Positions 38,235 through 50,702 of a DNA stretch of 64,000 nt are shown in pieces (the first letter of the stretch is position 1; every line of letters starts with the position of its first letter). Made by a program: the position numbers and the translations under genes. The notes under the pieces are model-generated. The model did no database searches and was not told the origin of the DNA. It was given only the letters and a program-made list of their open reading frames with translations. Source of the stretch: Dictyostelium discoideum (Eukaryota); the NCBI GenBank assembly GCA_000004695.1, contig CM000155.2:2176001-2240000 (forward strand), written 5' to 3'.

Positions 38235-38480
38235 ATGAGTCAAAAAGTTCAATTACATGTTTATGATCTATCAAGAGGTATGGCAAAAACGTTCTCATTA
38301 CCTTTATTAGGTCGACGAATAGATGCAATTTATCATACATCAATAGTTGTTTATGGAACAGAATGGTATTTTGGTGGTGGTATTTTAAGAGATATACCTG
38401 TAAGTACACTTTCAAAATTTTATTTTATTTTATTTTATTTTATTTTATACAACGTGTATTCTAATTCGGTGTTGTTGTTT

Positions 38481-38515
<35 letters not shown>

Positions 38516-39853
38516 GTTTTTTTTTTTTAATAGTTTCAAACTCCACATGGTCAACCATTTGAAATTTTAGAATTAGGTGAAACTGAAATACCAAAAGAAT
38601 TATTTGAAGAATTTTTAAGTGGACAAACAGATAGATTTAGAATGGATAAATATCATTTACTTGAGAATAATTGTAATCATTTCACAAATGAATGTAGTAA
38701 TTTCTTATTAGGTGTCGGCATACCATCACATATTGTAGACTTACCAAATGAAGTTATGAGCACACCATTTGGTGCAATGTTACAACCAATGATTAATAAC
38801 TTTTTTAGTCAACAAGGTTGGGGTAATACAATGGGTCCTGTAAATCAACAACAACAACAACAATTACCAACTACAGCTACAACTACAAATACTACTACCA
38901 CTACAACTACAAATACTACAACTACAATAATTAATAATAATAATAAAGTTGAAAATCATCCAAAATCTAATATAACACATAGACATTATAAAAATTCAAA
39001 TAAGATACAATTAATATTAAATAGTAAATCAGTGTTATTTGAAAAGAGTGATGTTGAAGCAGTGTTTAATAAATTAAAAGAATTTGCTAATAAAGAATTT
39101 AAAGGTAAAGAAAATGAGCAATTATTAATTACCCAATATGAAAAAGAATCTAATCAATTGAAACAAATTATGAAATCGGTCGATGTGGATACACCAATTT
39201 CAATTGAAACATTGAAATATTTCGATGGCTTATTATCGACATTCTCTGACGACCACCAATTCCCATTATTAGAAATATTAAGAATGCTATTATTAAAGAA
39301 TCAAAGTAACCAATACTACACAAATCAAAGTAACCCAATTATTTCTAATATTCTATTAAAAATTCAATCTAAAAAATTATCAAAACCATCAGAATTATTA
39401 AGTTTTAGAGTTATAAATAATTGTTTTTTTTCAAAATCTGGTATAAATTATTTATTTAATGGTAATGGTAATGATAATAATAATGATAATTTAAATATTG
39501 TTATTGAATCTACTATTGATGCATTACATAGTATGGATAAAATTTTAAAGAGAGCAGTTAGTACATTGGCTTATAATTTATCAATTCATTTATCTATTGA
39601 TAATTCAAATCATCAAGAACAAGCAATTTCATTATTAGGTGCAATTGAACATATTTTATCGGAATCTGATTTTTCAAATGAAGACCCTGAAATATCATTT
39701 AGATTATTAATGGCATTAGGTACATTAATATATTGTAATGATGATCTTGTTGAAATTTTAAAAACTTTAGATTTTGATTTTAATAAATATTTAAATTCAA
39801 AAGAATTAAAAATTTCACAATTAATTAAAGAAATTCAATCATTATTAATTTAA
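38235..39853 (+). CDS. DeSI-1/PPPDE (peptidase C97) domain protein with C-terminal PUL-like helical domain
   Basis: join(38235..38399,38534..39853). VQLHVYDLSRGMAKTFSLPLLGRRIDAIYHTSIVVYGTEWYFGGGI...|...YHLLENNCNHFTNECSNFLLGVGIPSHIVDLPNEVMSTPFG aligns to human DESI1, including the catalytic His (HTS) and Cys (NCNHF). The C-terminal ~270 aa contains FPLLEILRMLLLKNQ and ELLSFRVINNCFF, reminiscent of the PUL domain of PLAA/Doa1. Confidence 0.75.
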
Positions 39854-40173
39854 TTTATATAAAAAAAAAAAAAAATAAAATAAAATAAAAAAAAAAAAGA
39901 TTTTTTTAGATTTCTAAAAATAAAAAATTATGGAGTGGATATCTATACTCACAAAGAAAATTTTTATTTTTTTTTTTTTCATATTTTTTTTTTCAAAGAA
40001 CTATTTTTTTTTTTTTTTTTTTTTTTTTTTTGGTTTAAAGATTGAAAATAAAAAAGAAAAAAATAATATAAAAATGTAATTTTCTTTTTTTTTTTTTTTT
40101 GTTTTTTTTTTAAATATAATAGTATACTATACTTATATGTTAATATAAAAAAAAAAAAAAAAAAAATTTAGAA

Positions 40174-41210
40174 ATGATTCAAAATAAATCAACCCCACTA
40201 ACTGAATTTAAATTTACAAATAATAATTTCGAATCGACATCTTTAGAAGTAGAACCTATAAATGGAATTGAAAATGGTTTACTAATTAAGAATCTATTAT
40301 CTCATGAAGAATGTAGTTTAATACAAAACTCAATTTTTAACAGTTTGGACAATAACGAATTTGTCAAACATGTAAGTGTAGTTTGTAGTTAATAATTAGT
40401 AGTTACATTTAATAATATATTAATAAAATAAAATTAAAATTTATTTTTATTTTCTTTATTTTTTATTTTTATTTTTATATTTTTAACACAAACACAAACA
40501 TACATTCACTACTATATATATAATAGGGGTTGAGAATTCATAAAAATTCTGAAGATTTTGCAAATATTATTTATGGTAGAATTGAAAATTGTTGTGTCAA
40601 AAAATTAAAAAGAAAAAACCCTTCAAATTCAAATGAACAATTGGAGTGGAATATTGACTCTGGTATGTTTTATTTTCTTTCCCTAATTTATAATTATTAT
40701 TATTATTATTATAATTATAATTATTATTATTATTATTATAATTATAATTATTATAATTATTATTATTATAATTATTGTAATTATTATAATTATTGTAATT
40801 ATTATTATAATTTTTTTTTTATATGCTTTTTAATATTAATTATTAATAATTCTATTTTTCTAAAAAAAAAAAAAAAAAAATTTATAGTTTCACCAAAATT
40901 TAGATTTATTAGATATAATGAAGGGGAATTGTTTCCAAACCATACCGATGGTGAGGTGAAAAATGAAAATAAAATGTCATTTTTTTCAATTTTAATATTT
41001 ACAAATGATTGTGGTGTTGACTTTAAAGGAGGTGAATTTAGATTCTTTAAAAAAGATAATAACTTACAATTAGAGGAAATTACAAGAGTTGAACCCAAAC
41101 GAGGAATGGCATTGATATTTGATCACACAATTATTCATGACTCTAATATAATTACATTTGGCCAAAAACAAACTATCAGATCAGATTTAATATATAGATT
41201 ATCTAATTAA
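40174..41210 (+). CDS. 2-oxoglutarate/Fe(II)-dependent oxygenase (prolyl-4-hydroxylase-like)
   Basis: join(40174..40371,40527..40662,40888..41210). HxD...H triad: LFPNHTDGE ... IFDHTIIHDS. The 2OG-binding Arg lies in TIRSDL. Intron 2 (40663-40887) is a TAT/TAA repeat that the ORF track mis-reads as poly-Tyr. Confidence 0.75.
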
Positions 41211-41496
41211 ATTATCTTAAGATTTTATAATAGTAATAAATTTCGATTATGTTGAAATAGTTTAAACTATAAGCCTGTTTTGTCTAAAAAAAAAAAAAAA
41301 TAATATGAGAATGTAAATTTATATATATACTTTATATATTTGTTTATATATATATATATATTACACATAATCATACATACATATAATATAATATAATATA
41401 TGATATAAAATATATATATAATATAAAATATATATATAATATATAATATATTAATATAATATATATTAAAAAAAAAGAAAAAAAAAATTTTAGTGA

Positions 41497-41726
41497 TTAT
41501 CCCAAATAAATTAACCCACCAACTGAATTTAAATTACAAATAATAATTTTGAATCGACTCTAAAAGTAGAACCTATAAATGGAATTGAAAATGGTTTACT
41601 AATTAAAAATCTATTATCAAATAAAGAATGTTGTTTTAATAAAAAATCAATTTTTAACAGTTTGGACAATAACGAATTTGTCAAAAAAGTAAGTGTTGTT
41701 TGTGGTTATATAATATATTAACATAA

Positions 41727-41784
<58 letters not shown>

Positions 41785-42440
41785 CGCATATCTTACACAC
41801 ACTATATATAATAGGGGTTTTAATAAATATTCTGATGAATTTGTAAATATTATTTATGGTAGAATTGAAAATTATTGTGTCAAAACGTTAAAAAGAAAAA
41901 AACCCTTCAAATTCAAATGAACAATTGGAGTGGAATAGTGACTCTGGTATGTTAATTTCTTTCCATATTTTAAAATAATAATTATAATAATTTATTTATT
42001 ATTATTTTTTTTTTTTAAAAAATGGTTATATTAATTATTAATAATACTTTTTTTTTATTTTTTTTTAAAAAAAAAAAAAAAAAAAAATTTATGGTTTCAC
42101 CAAAAATTTGAATTTATTTAATACACTGAGGGAGAATTATTTCCAAACCATACCGATGGTGAGGTGAAAAATGAATATAAATATTTTTTTTTCAATTTTA
42201 ATATTTACAAATGATTGTTGTGTTAGCTTTAAGGGAGGTCTCATCTGAGTTAGATTCTTTATAAAAGTTAATAACTTACAACTAGTGAAAATTACAATAG
42301 TAAATCCAGAACCTGGAATGGCATTAATATCACACACTTTTTCATGTATATTTAATAATTACATTTGGCCAAAAACAAACAATCAGATCAGATTATCTAA
42401 ACAAACTATCTCAAGATTTTATAATTATGTTGAACAGTTT
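41497..42440 (+). pseudogene. decayed tandem duplicate of the 2OG-oxygenase gene
   Basis: Segment-by-segment nucleotide similarity to 40185-41260 covers exon 1, the exon-1 donor, exon 2 and exon 3. The copy has no ATG and single-base indels (aaa-ttacaa, cgac-tct-aaaag). The final exon is heavily mutated (..ggaggtctcatctgagttag..). Confidence 0.65.
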
Positions 42441-42812
42441 TTTTTGGGGGTAAATTAGCCTATTTAGACAAAAAAAAAAAAAAATAAAAAAAAAAAAAAT
42501 AAAAAAAAAAAAATAAAAAAAAAAATAAAATAAAAACATCGCAACAAAAATAAAAAAAATGGATGACCAATATAAATAAAAAGGAGTTAACTTTGGCTCC
42601 CTCTTACAACTTATTTTAACACAGAAAAAAAAAAAAAAATTAAAAAATAAAAAATAAAAATAAAAAACAAAAAAAAAAAAAATTATAATAAAAATTATAA
42701 TAATAATAAAAACAATAAAAATAATAATAATAATAAAAATAAGGTAACTTTTTTTTTTTTTTTTTTTTATTATTTTATTAAAACTACAATAAATTTAAAA
42801 AATTTAAAAAAA

Positions 42813-42991
42813 ATGGAGGAATCATCAAATAAATCATTAGAACACATTGTATTTTTTATGTTGAAACCATTTGAAAATGATGAAATGGAAACAATAAAAA
42901 AAATAATTTATGAAATATCATTAATTAATGGTGTCGTATATTGTTTTTTCGAAAAGAATTTAAGTGAAAGAAGTAAAGGTAATATATTAAT

Positions 42992-43038
<47 letters not shown>

Positions 43039-43284
43039 TAAAAACTTACTAAAAAAAAAAAAAAAAAAATAATAATAATATTAGGTTATAATTATTTTTT
43101 AAGGATTGGGTTGGAAAGTGAAAATGATCTTTTGGTTTACCAAACACACAACTCACACACCAAATTAAAAAAATTTTTAAAAAATTATGAAATAGATATA
43201 TTAATTTTAGATTTTTACATCCCAAAAATTTACAAACATCATCCTTCCACCCAAAATTCAAAAATCAACAAACTTGTTTTATAA
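42813..43284 (+). CDS. Dabb (stress-responsive dimeric alpha/beta-barrel) domain protein, paralog A
   Basis: join(42813..42978,43085..43284). LEHIVFFMLKP..ING...SERSK|GYNYFLRIGLESENDLLVYQTHNSHTKLKKFL. The phase-1 intron sits at the same codon as in paralog B. Confidence 0.6.
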
Positions 43285-43415
43285 AATCAATTAAATAAAA
43301 AAAATTATTAACTAATCTCAAAATAGCTAAAATAGGAAAAAAATAGAAAAAATAAAAAAAAGTACTTGAAATTTTATTGATTATTATAAAAATAAAAAAA
43401 TACTTTATTTGTTTA

Positions 43416-43446
<31 letters not shown>

Positions 43447-43565
43447 TTTTATTTTTTTATTTTTTCATTTTCATTTTTTTTTTTTTTTTTTTATTTTATT
43501 TTATTTCATAATCTTGTGGACAACATTCCCCTGTTTTAATAAATAAATAAATTAATAAAATAAAA

Positions 43566-43780
43566 ATGTCAGAACAATCATTAGAACATATTCTCTTTAT
43601 GCAAATAAAAGAAGATACAAGTGATACAGATATTAAAAGACTAACTGATTGTATGGAAGAACTTAAACAATTACCAGGTGTTTTAAACATTTCATTTGGT
43701 AGAAATTTTAGTGATAGAAGTGGTGGTATGTAGATATATTGATAGATAGATAAATATATATAGATATTTATTATCCACAT

Positions 43781-43831
<51 letters not shown>

Positions 43832-44068
43832 TGGTTACACCTCACTGCATTTTCGTATCATTTCAACTGGTTATTCTTACTTTTCATTTTATTTAAAATA
43901 GGTTATAACTGGGGTTATCGTGTATTATTCGAGAAAAAATCAGATCTTGATTTCTATGGACCACACCCAATTCATGAAAAATTAAAGGCAATTCTTAATG
44001 AAGTTAAATCTGGTCCACCACTTGTTTGTGACTATTTGGTTCCAAAATTCCCATTCAACAAATATTAA
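43566..44068 (+). CDS. Dabb domain protein, paralog B
   Basis: join(43566..43725,43902..44068). MSEQSLEHILFMQIKEDTSDTDIKRLTDCMEELKQLPGVLNISFGRNFSDRSG|GYNWGYRVLFEKKSDLDFYGPHPIHEKLKAILNEV matches the Dabb pattern (H..F.K.K...L..iP.V..G.N.S....GY......F.....Y..HP.H). Confidence 0.7.
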
Positions 44069-44706
44069 GATAATTTATTGAAAAAAATAAAATAATAAAT
44101 AATAATAATAATTAATAATAATAATAAATATTAAATAATAAAAATAATAATAAATAAAAAACAATAAATAAAAAAAAAAAATTAAATAAAGATTATTATT
44201 ATAATTATTGATAATATAATTATTAATTTTTTATATTATCAACACAAATCATTGTCATTGTAAATGATAAAAACAAAAAAAAATAGAAATAATAATATTA
44301 AAAATAATAATAGTAATAATAATAATAATTTAATATTAATAAATAGAAAATAAATATTTAAAAAATTTAGATCAATAATTTATCAATAAAGTGACTCATA
44401 ATTTATTTTTAAATATATAAATATAAATATAAATTTAAAATGAATATTATTAATATAAATAAAATTTTTAATAATATCTGCAATCATCTTTTAATTAAAC
44501 CGATATGTTTTTTTTTTTTTTTTTTTTTAAAAAATAATTTTAATTTTATTTATTTTTATTTTCTTTTTGATGGTGATTCCATCAATAGATTATTTGTATT
44601 TTATTTAATATTATTTTTAAAAGACTTAAAATACAAATAATTGAATTTGTTATTTTTATTTAAAATTTTTTTTTTATTTTTATTTTTCTTTTATCATATT
44701 GGTATT

Positions 44707-45813
44707 TCAATCATTAATATTAATATTATAACCAATATTATTTTGTAAAGCTTTTTTGTAAATATAATTTGCTGTAGCAACATCTTGAATTGCAGTGCCT
44801 GATGATTTATAAACGGTTATAGATTTTGATGTGGTGGTGGTGGTTTGTTGTTTGTATTTACCAGAAACTACATCACTTAATTTTCCAAGTATATGAGATT
44901 TAGTGATAATATTTTCTTTGTTAATTGGAATAAATAATTCACCAGATACCATACAACTATTTACATCATCTACAATTAGATTTGAATTTGAGATGGTGAA
45001 TGAATCTAATTCACGATTGGTTGGTCTACTACTACCAACTGCACAAATTAACAATGGCTTTTTCTTGAAATCTCTTTGTTTTTCTGATAAAACCTCATGA
45101 CCATTAAAGAGTGGTTCATTTGATGATGTAGCTGTTACTATAATGTCTGCTTCTAAAAGATAACGATTTATAATATCTTTATCGTCACCAGCACCAGTAG
45201 CAGCACAATAGTTGAATTCTACAGCATCATTATTATAGTTATTTTCATTTTTAAGTTGGATAATTAGTTTATCAACATTTTCTTTTGATCTTGATGAAAT
45301 GTAAACTTTTTTAATTGTTGGTTTTAATAATAAAATCATTTCGATATGTAATTGTGCTTGAAGACTTGAACCAAATACAAAAATGGTTTCGGGTGATTCG
45401 GTTGCTAAATATTTCACAGAAATTGCACTACCAGCTGCAGTTCTCGCTCCAGTAATATAGGTTGCACCAATCACTGCATTTGCCAAACCTGTCTCTATAT
45501 CGTTCAATATAATTGTTGCTGGTACAGTTGGTAATCCTTTATTGGCATTGTTTGCAAAGGTTCCTACAATTTTAATGCCAACAGATTCATCCACTACTAA
45601 AGATGGTTTAAAATATAAATTCCCAACAAGTTGTTTTTTATTTATTGGTTCATTTGAATCTTGTTGTGGCTGTGTTTTCTCTACTGGTAAGATTATTCTT
45701 TCTGGACAAACTACTTCCTCTTTTGATTCTTTAATAAAAACCTGTTCATTTATATCAATTACCTCTTTCAAAGATATCAATTTTTTAACATCAGATTCTT
45801 TAATAATTAACAT
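44707..45813 (-). CDS. ornithine cyclodeaminase/mu-crystallin family protein (ketimine reductase-like)
   Basis: Single exon. Rossmann core AVIGATYITGARTAAGSAISVKYLA, ...VFGSSLQAQLHIEM..., ADIIVTATSS and LICAVGSSRPTNRELD are typical of the OCD_Mu_crystall family. Confidence 0.8.
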   Translation of the reverse strand: MLIIKESDVKKLISLKEVIDINEQVFIKESKEEVVCPERIILPVEKTQPQQDSNEPINKKQLVGNLYFKPSLVVDESVGIKIVGTFANNANKGLPTVPATIILNDIETGLANAVIGATYITGARTAAGSAISVKYLATESPETIFVFGSSLQAQLHIEMILLLKPTIKKVYISSRSKENVDKLIIQLKNENNYNNDAVEFNYCAATGAGDDKDIINRYLLEADIIVTATSSNEPLFNGHEVLSEKQRDFKKKPLLICAVGSSRPTNRELDSFTISNSNLIVDDVNSCMVSGELFIPINKENIITKSHILGKLSDVVSGKYKQQTTTTTSKSITVYKSSGTAIQDVATANYIYKKALQNNIGYNININD

Positions 45814-46121
45814 CTTTTTTTTTTTTTGAGATTATGTGTGTGTATTTGTATTTGTATGTGTATATTATTATTTTTTTTTTTTTTTTGTAATTATTGAAAA
45901 TTTTTATTTTTTTTTTAACTTTATATAAAATTTAAAAAAAAAAATGAAAAAAAAAAAAATTATAATTACACCCTCTTTATTTTTTTGTGGAACTTTCGAT
46001 TGATTATTATTATTATTTTTTTTTTTTTTTCTTTTTTTGAAAAATGTGGGTTAAGTTGAAGAACAAAACAAATTAAAAAAAAATTGTGGTGGTTGATTCT
46101 CGAAAATAATTATTTAAAAAT

Positions 46122-46155
<34 letters not shown>

Positions 46156-46434
46156 AATTAGATTTGGTTCTAGTCGATCCAATATACAAATTTGAAAAAA
46201 AATTAAGAAAAAACATTTTATTGAATAAAGAGTTACCAAACTGGTAATAAAAATGAGGGTAAATATTTTCAAAATTAAAAACCACATATGATTTTAATTT
46301 TGATTAGTTATTTGTTGTTTTTTTTTTATATGTATTTATTATTTATAATCAATATATATATATCAATATATATATATATTAAAATTAACACACACACACT
46401 ATTATTAAATCTCTTTTTTTTTTTAAAAAACTTT

Positions 46435-46474
<40 letters not shown>

Positions 46475-47271
46475 TTAAAAGATACCATAAAAATATTACT
46501 TCATATTAAAAAAAAAAAAAAAACAAAAACAAACAATAACAATAATAAATATACTCTTTTTAATACATTAATATCATGATAATAAAAAAAATAAAAATAA
46601 AAAAAATAAATAAAAAAAAAATAATAATAATAATAATTTTGTAACACCCTTCCCATATATGATTATTATAAATTATTTAATCTTACCCCTGTTTTTTTAA
46701 TAACTACTACCCAAAATTGGTCCTTGTTAAATTTTAATTGATTTCAAAAAAAAATTAACGCCTATAATAAATATATTAATTTGATCATTTTAAAAAAATA
46801 TTAAAATGCTAAGTAAAATAAAATAACAAAAATATTTTAAAAATAAAAAATAAATAATAATAATAAAAAAACAAAAAATTAATAAATAATTAAAAAAAAA
46901 AAAAATAAATAAAAAAAAAAAACCCATTATCTATAAAATCCACGTGACTTTAGTTTTAATAAGTTAAAAAAAAATACAAATTTTATAAAAAAAAAAATTA
47001 TTTCGTGCAGGTATGTCATGTGGATCATAAATGAGTTTTTTTGTCATCTCTTTTTATAACCAATCATATAAAAAAAAACAATTAAAAAGGAATTGCAAAT
47101 AGATTTTAAAAAATGAAAAATAAAAAATAAAAAATAAAAAAATATAAAAAATAAAAAAAGTAAAAATAATAAAAAAAACAGAATAAAAAAAAAAAATGGG
47201 GAAAATTACCATTTAAAAGTGTTTAATTAAAAAATGATGATCCAAAATAATATCAATTTTTTTTTTAAAAA

Positions 47272-47307
<36 letters not shown>

Positions 47308-47465
47308 AAAAAGCTTTTATTTTTTTTTTTTTAAAGTTTTTTAAAAAGTTTAACCATTTTTTTCTATTGTTTTAATTATTATTACTATTATTATCCATTT
47401 TTACTATCTACTTTTTATCTAAACTTATTATTTATTATAAAAAATAATTATTAAAAAAGGTTTGA

Positions 47466-47535
<70 letters not shown>

Positions 47536-48090
47536 GATAAATATAAATATAAAAATAAAAATCGTGGGTCATGGAGTCCACTTGTATTTTTGCCACCATC
47601 TTTAAATTTTCTTTATTTTTAAATCAATCCAATTTATGTAGTTATAATAAATAATGAAAAAAAACTAATTTTTGACAAATTTATCATTTTTTTTATTATA
47701 ACCAAATTAATGGTATAATCTATGTATTTACAAAATTATTTCCCATTTTTTTTTCCCTTTTTTATTTTTATTTTTTTTTTTTTAAACTTTTTTTCCATAA
47801 ATTTCATTTTTTTTCACTATATATATATTAAAGTCCTTTATAATCAAATTTATTTTAAAAAAAAATTTTTAAAAAAAAAAAAAATAAAAATAAAAAAATG
47901 ATAATAACTTTTAATAATTTATAATATAATAATTTTTCATATGTTTGTATCATTTTCCCCAAAAGTTAGATTATCTTTTTGATTGTCATCAACATTCCAC
48001 CTCAAATTAAGTTCCAATAATCCTTTATGATATTATTATTATTATTATTTTTTTTTTTTTTTTTTTTTTTTTATTTTTTAAACTTGTGGT

Positions 48091-48126
<36 letters not shown>

Positions 48127-48444
48127 TTTTTTTTTTTTTCAATAATCACACTAAACAAATATAATTAATATATTAATTAAACTATTTTTTTTTTTTAAAA
48201 ATAAAAAAAATTTGGATTTTAAAATAAAAAATTTTTATATATATAATTTAGGGATTTAAAAAAAATAAAATAATAAAAATAAAATAATAAATAAAATTAA
48301 AATAAAAATAAAAATAATATTATTATAATTAATAAAAAAAAAAATAAAAAATTAAAAAAAAAAAAAATTATTAAATAAAAAAAATTAAAAATTAAATTAA
48401 AAATAAAAAATTAATAAATAAAAAAATAAATAAATAAATAAATA

Positions 48445-49209
48445 ATGCCATTGGACTACTCAATAGAAAAAGTTACTTCTATAAAGTCAGAAAGTATACT
48501 ACCATTTATTAAAAATAAAACCAATAAAATTATAAACAAATTAACCAACCATACAAACTCTACAAATAATAATAATAATTATAAATCATCAATATTTCAA
48601 ATAGGTGATATTTTATCCTGTTCTCAATTATTAAATGAAGATTATAATGATAATAACGAAAGTTCATCATCGTCATCATCATCATCATCATCAAACCCTC
48701 AAAACAAAAAAAATTCAAATAATCATAACACTTTAATTTGTGATTCGAAACAGACTCCAAATAATCAATTTTCAAACGAAAGTAATAAAACCAATACCCA
48801 ACCAATTCATAGTAATAATAATAACAATAATAATGATAATAACTCCAATTCTATCATTTTAAATAATAATTCAAACAATAATGAAAAAAAATTAAAATCA
48901 TATGAAAAATATAAAAACGACTTAAAATACTATGGTAATAATTTAAATAATATTACACCAAATAATATTAATATATTATATAATGACCTTTTAAAAACAC
49001 AAAACAATTCTCCAAATATTAAAGCTAAGTATCCATATAAAGAAAATGAAAAAAAGAGAAAACCACAATCAAGATCAAATAGTCAAAATAGTTTAAAAAA
49101 TTTATATAATAGGAATAATAATAATAATAATAATAACAATTATAATAATAATAATATTATTAATAATAGTAATAATAATAATAATGGGTGTAATAATAAT
49201 AATAGCTCC

Positions 49210-49245
<36 letters not shown>

Positions 49246-50236
49246 TATAATAATAATAATAATAATTTAAATAATTGTAATAATATAATTAGATCATATG
49301 CAATTTGTTGTAATATTTGGGCATATAGTTTATCAATGGCATCAATATTATATGGTTGTACATTAGCATATAGAGTTACAAATTATATTGATGTTTTTAA
49401 TTTTTGTTTAATTCTTTCATTCTCGATAAATATTCAAGGAATTCAATCATTATTGGCAATCGATAGGGATATTAAAAATAGAGGTGAAATTGTATTAACC
49501 TCAAGAAATCTAACGAAATCGATAGTTAAGAAATTTTTAATAGGTCATTGTATATTCACAGTATTTTGTATTGGTACTATTTTATTTAGAGTTGGTTTTG
49601 AAAGATTTATTGTTATGGGCCCCTTAATGGCAATAACTTTTCTATTATGTCTTTTTATAATCGGGTATCCTTTAGAGGTTAGAATTTATGGTACAACTGA
49701 ATTGGCAGTTCCAATTTTCTTTGTGGTCTTAGTAAAACTTTCATATTTAATGCAAACTTTTGAATATAACGATTTGTTTTTTCTTTACGTTTTACCCATA
49801 GCATTGGTAATTGAAGGTTCTCATCATTCGTTTAATATGAAAAATATAAAATATAATTTAACTGAAAAATATAAATCCTTGGCTGGGGTTATGGATAGAA
49901 ATCATTCAGAAGTTTTATTTTTATTTTATTATATATTGTAAATATTACAAAAAAATTCTATTTTTATATATATTATTTATTTTCATAAATTAATTAATTT
50001 TATTTTTTTTTTTTATTTTTTTTTTTTTTTGTTTCTGAATTTAGATCTTATTTATTATTAATATTTATTTCAATACTTCAAAATAGGTTAATGATATCAT
50101 TACCAATATTAATTTTACCAAAGCTTAAAAAAATTATAATATCTTTAAAAAATGATAACCTCGAAGAATTAAATGAAGAAACATCTCAGTTTTCATTCTA
50201 TTTTGGTATTTTAACTTCAATTGGAATGATATATTA
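48445..50236 (+). CDS. polytopic membrane protein of unknown family (poly-Asn N-terminus); probable short 3' exon
   Basis: ORF 48445-49941 has at least 6 predicted TM helices after an N-rich region. The AT-rich tail of that ORF looks like intron read-through. A 55-codon stop-free hydrophobic ORF at 50087-50236 (LLMISLPILILPKLKKIII...FYFGILTSIGMIY*) follows a good acceptor (caaaatag|G). The donor is not resolved, possibly TT|GTAAAT near 49936. Confidence 0.45.
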
Positions 50237-50447
50237 AAAATATCGTTTGAAATTTGGTTTTGAATTTTTAAATTCTTTTTCTTTTCTCTCTTTTATTTTT
50301 TTGTTTTCTTTTTTTTTTTTTTTTTTATATCTCTTTTTATTGTTTTTTTTATATTGTGTCTCCTTTCCTATCATATGTATTATTTTTTTAAAAAAATAAA
50401 TACTGGTGACCCAAGAGATTTAATTCTCAATTTCAATTAATCAAAAG

Positions 50448-50512
<65 letters not shown>

Positions 50513-50644
50513 AAAAAAAATACAATAACAATAATGAAATTATAAAGAATTTTTTGTAAATTTTTTTATTCTCTTTATATTTTTTATTATTATTTTAAAG
50601 CTTACTCTCCTCTTTCCAATTAAAATTAAATTTTATTTTACACT

Positions 50645-50686
50645 TTTCCCCAATTTTTATTTAATTTTTATTTACCTTATAAAAAC
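50645..50686 (+). promoter_or_regulatory. DUSE-like element (TTCCCCAATT) plus TATA (TTATAAAAA) upstream of the candidate snRNA
   Basis: The C-rich motif sits about 55 bp and the TATA about 25 bp 5' of the ACTTACCT start. This arrangement matches that reported for Dictyostelium small ncRNA genes (DUSE consensus about [A/T]CCCA[C/T]AA at -60). Confidence 0.35.
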
Positions 50687-50702
50687 GTTGGTTGACTTGG
50701 AA

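Noticed and set aside
40663-40887. Poly-Tyr (YYYYYNYNYYYY) stretch in track ORF 40530-41210
   Set aside because: It is a TAT/TAA microsatellite flanked by G|GTATGT and TTTATAG|. The pseudogene copy lacks the repeat and the oxygenase fold is complete without it, so it is intronic.
46990-47045. GC island cgtgcaggtatgtcatgtggatcataaatgag followed by a T-run, considered as a Dictyostelium Class I ncRNA
   Set aside because: It lacks the conserved Class I 11-nt motif (CCTTACAGCAA) and terminal stem. The upstream AACCCATTA is only a weak DUSE match. Left as unexplained.
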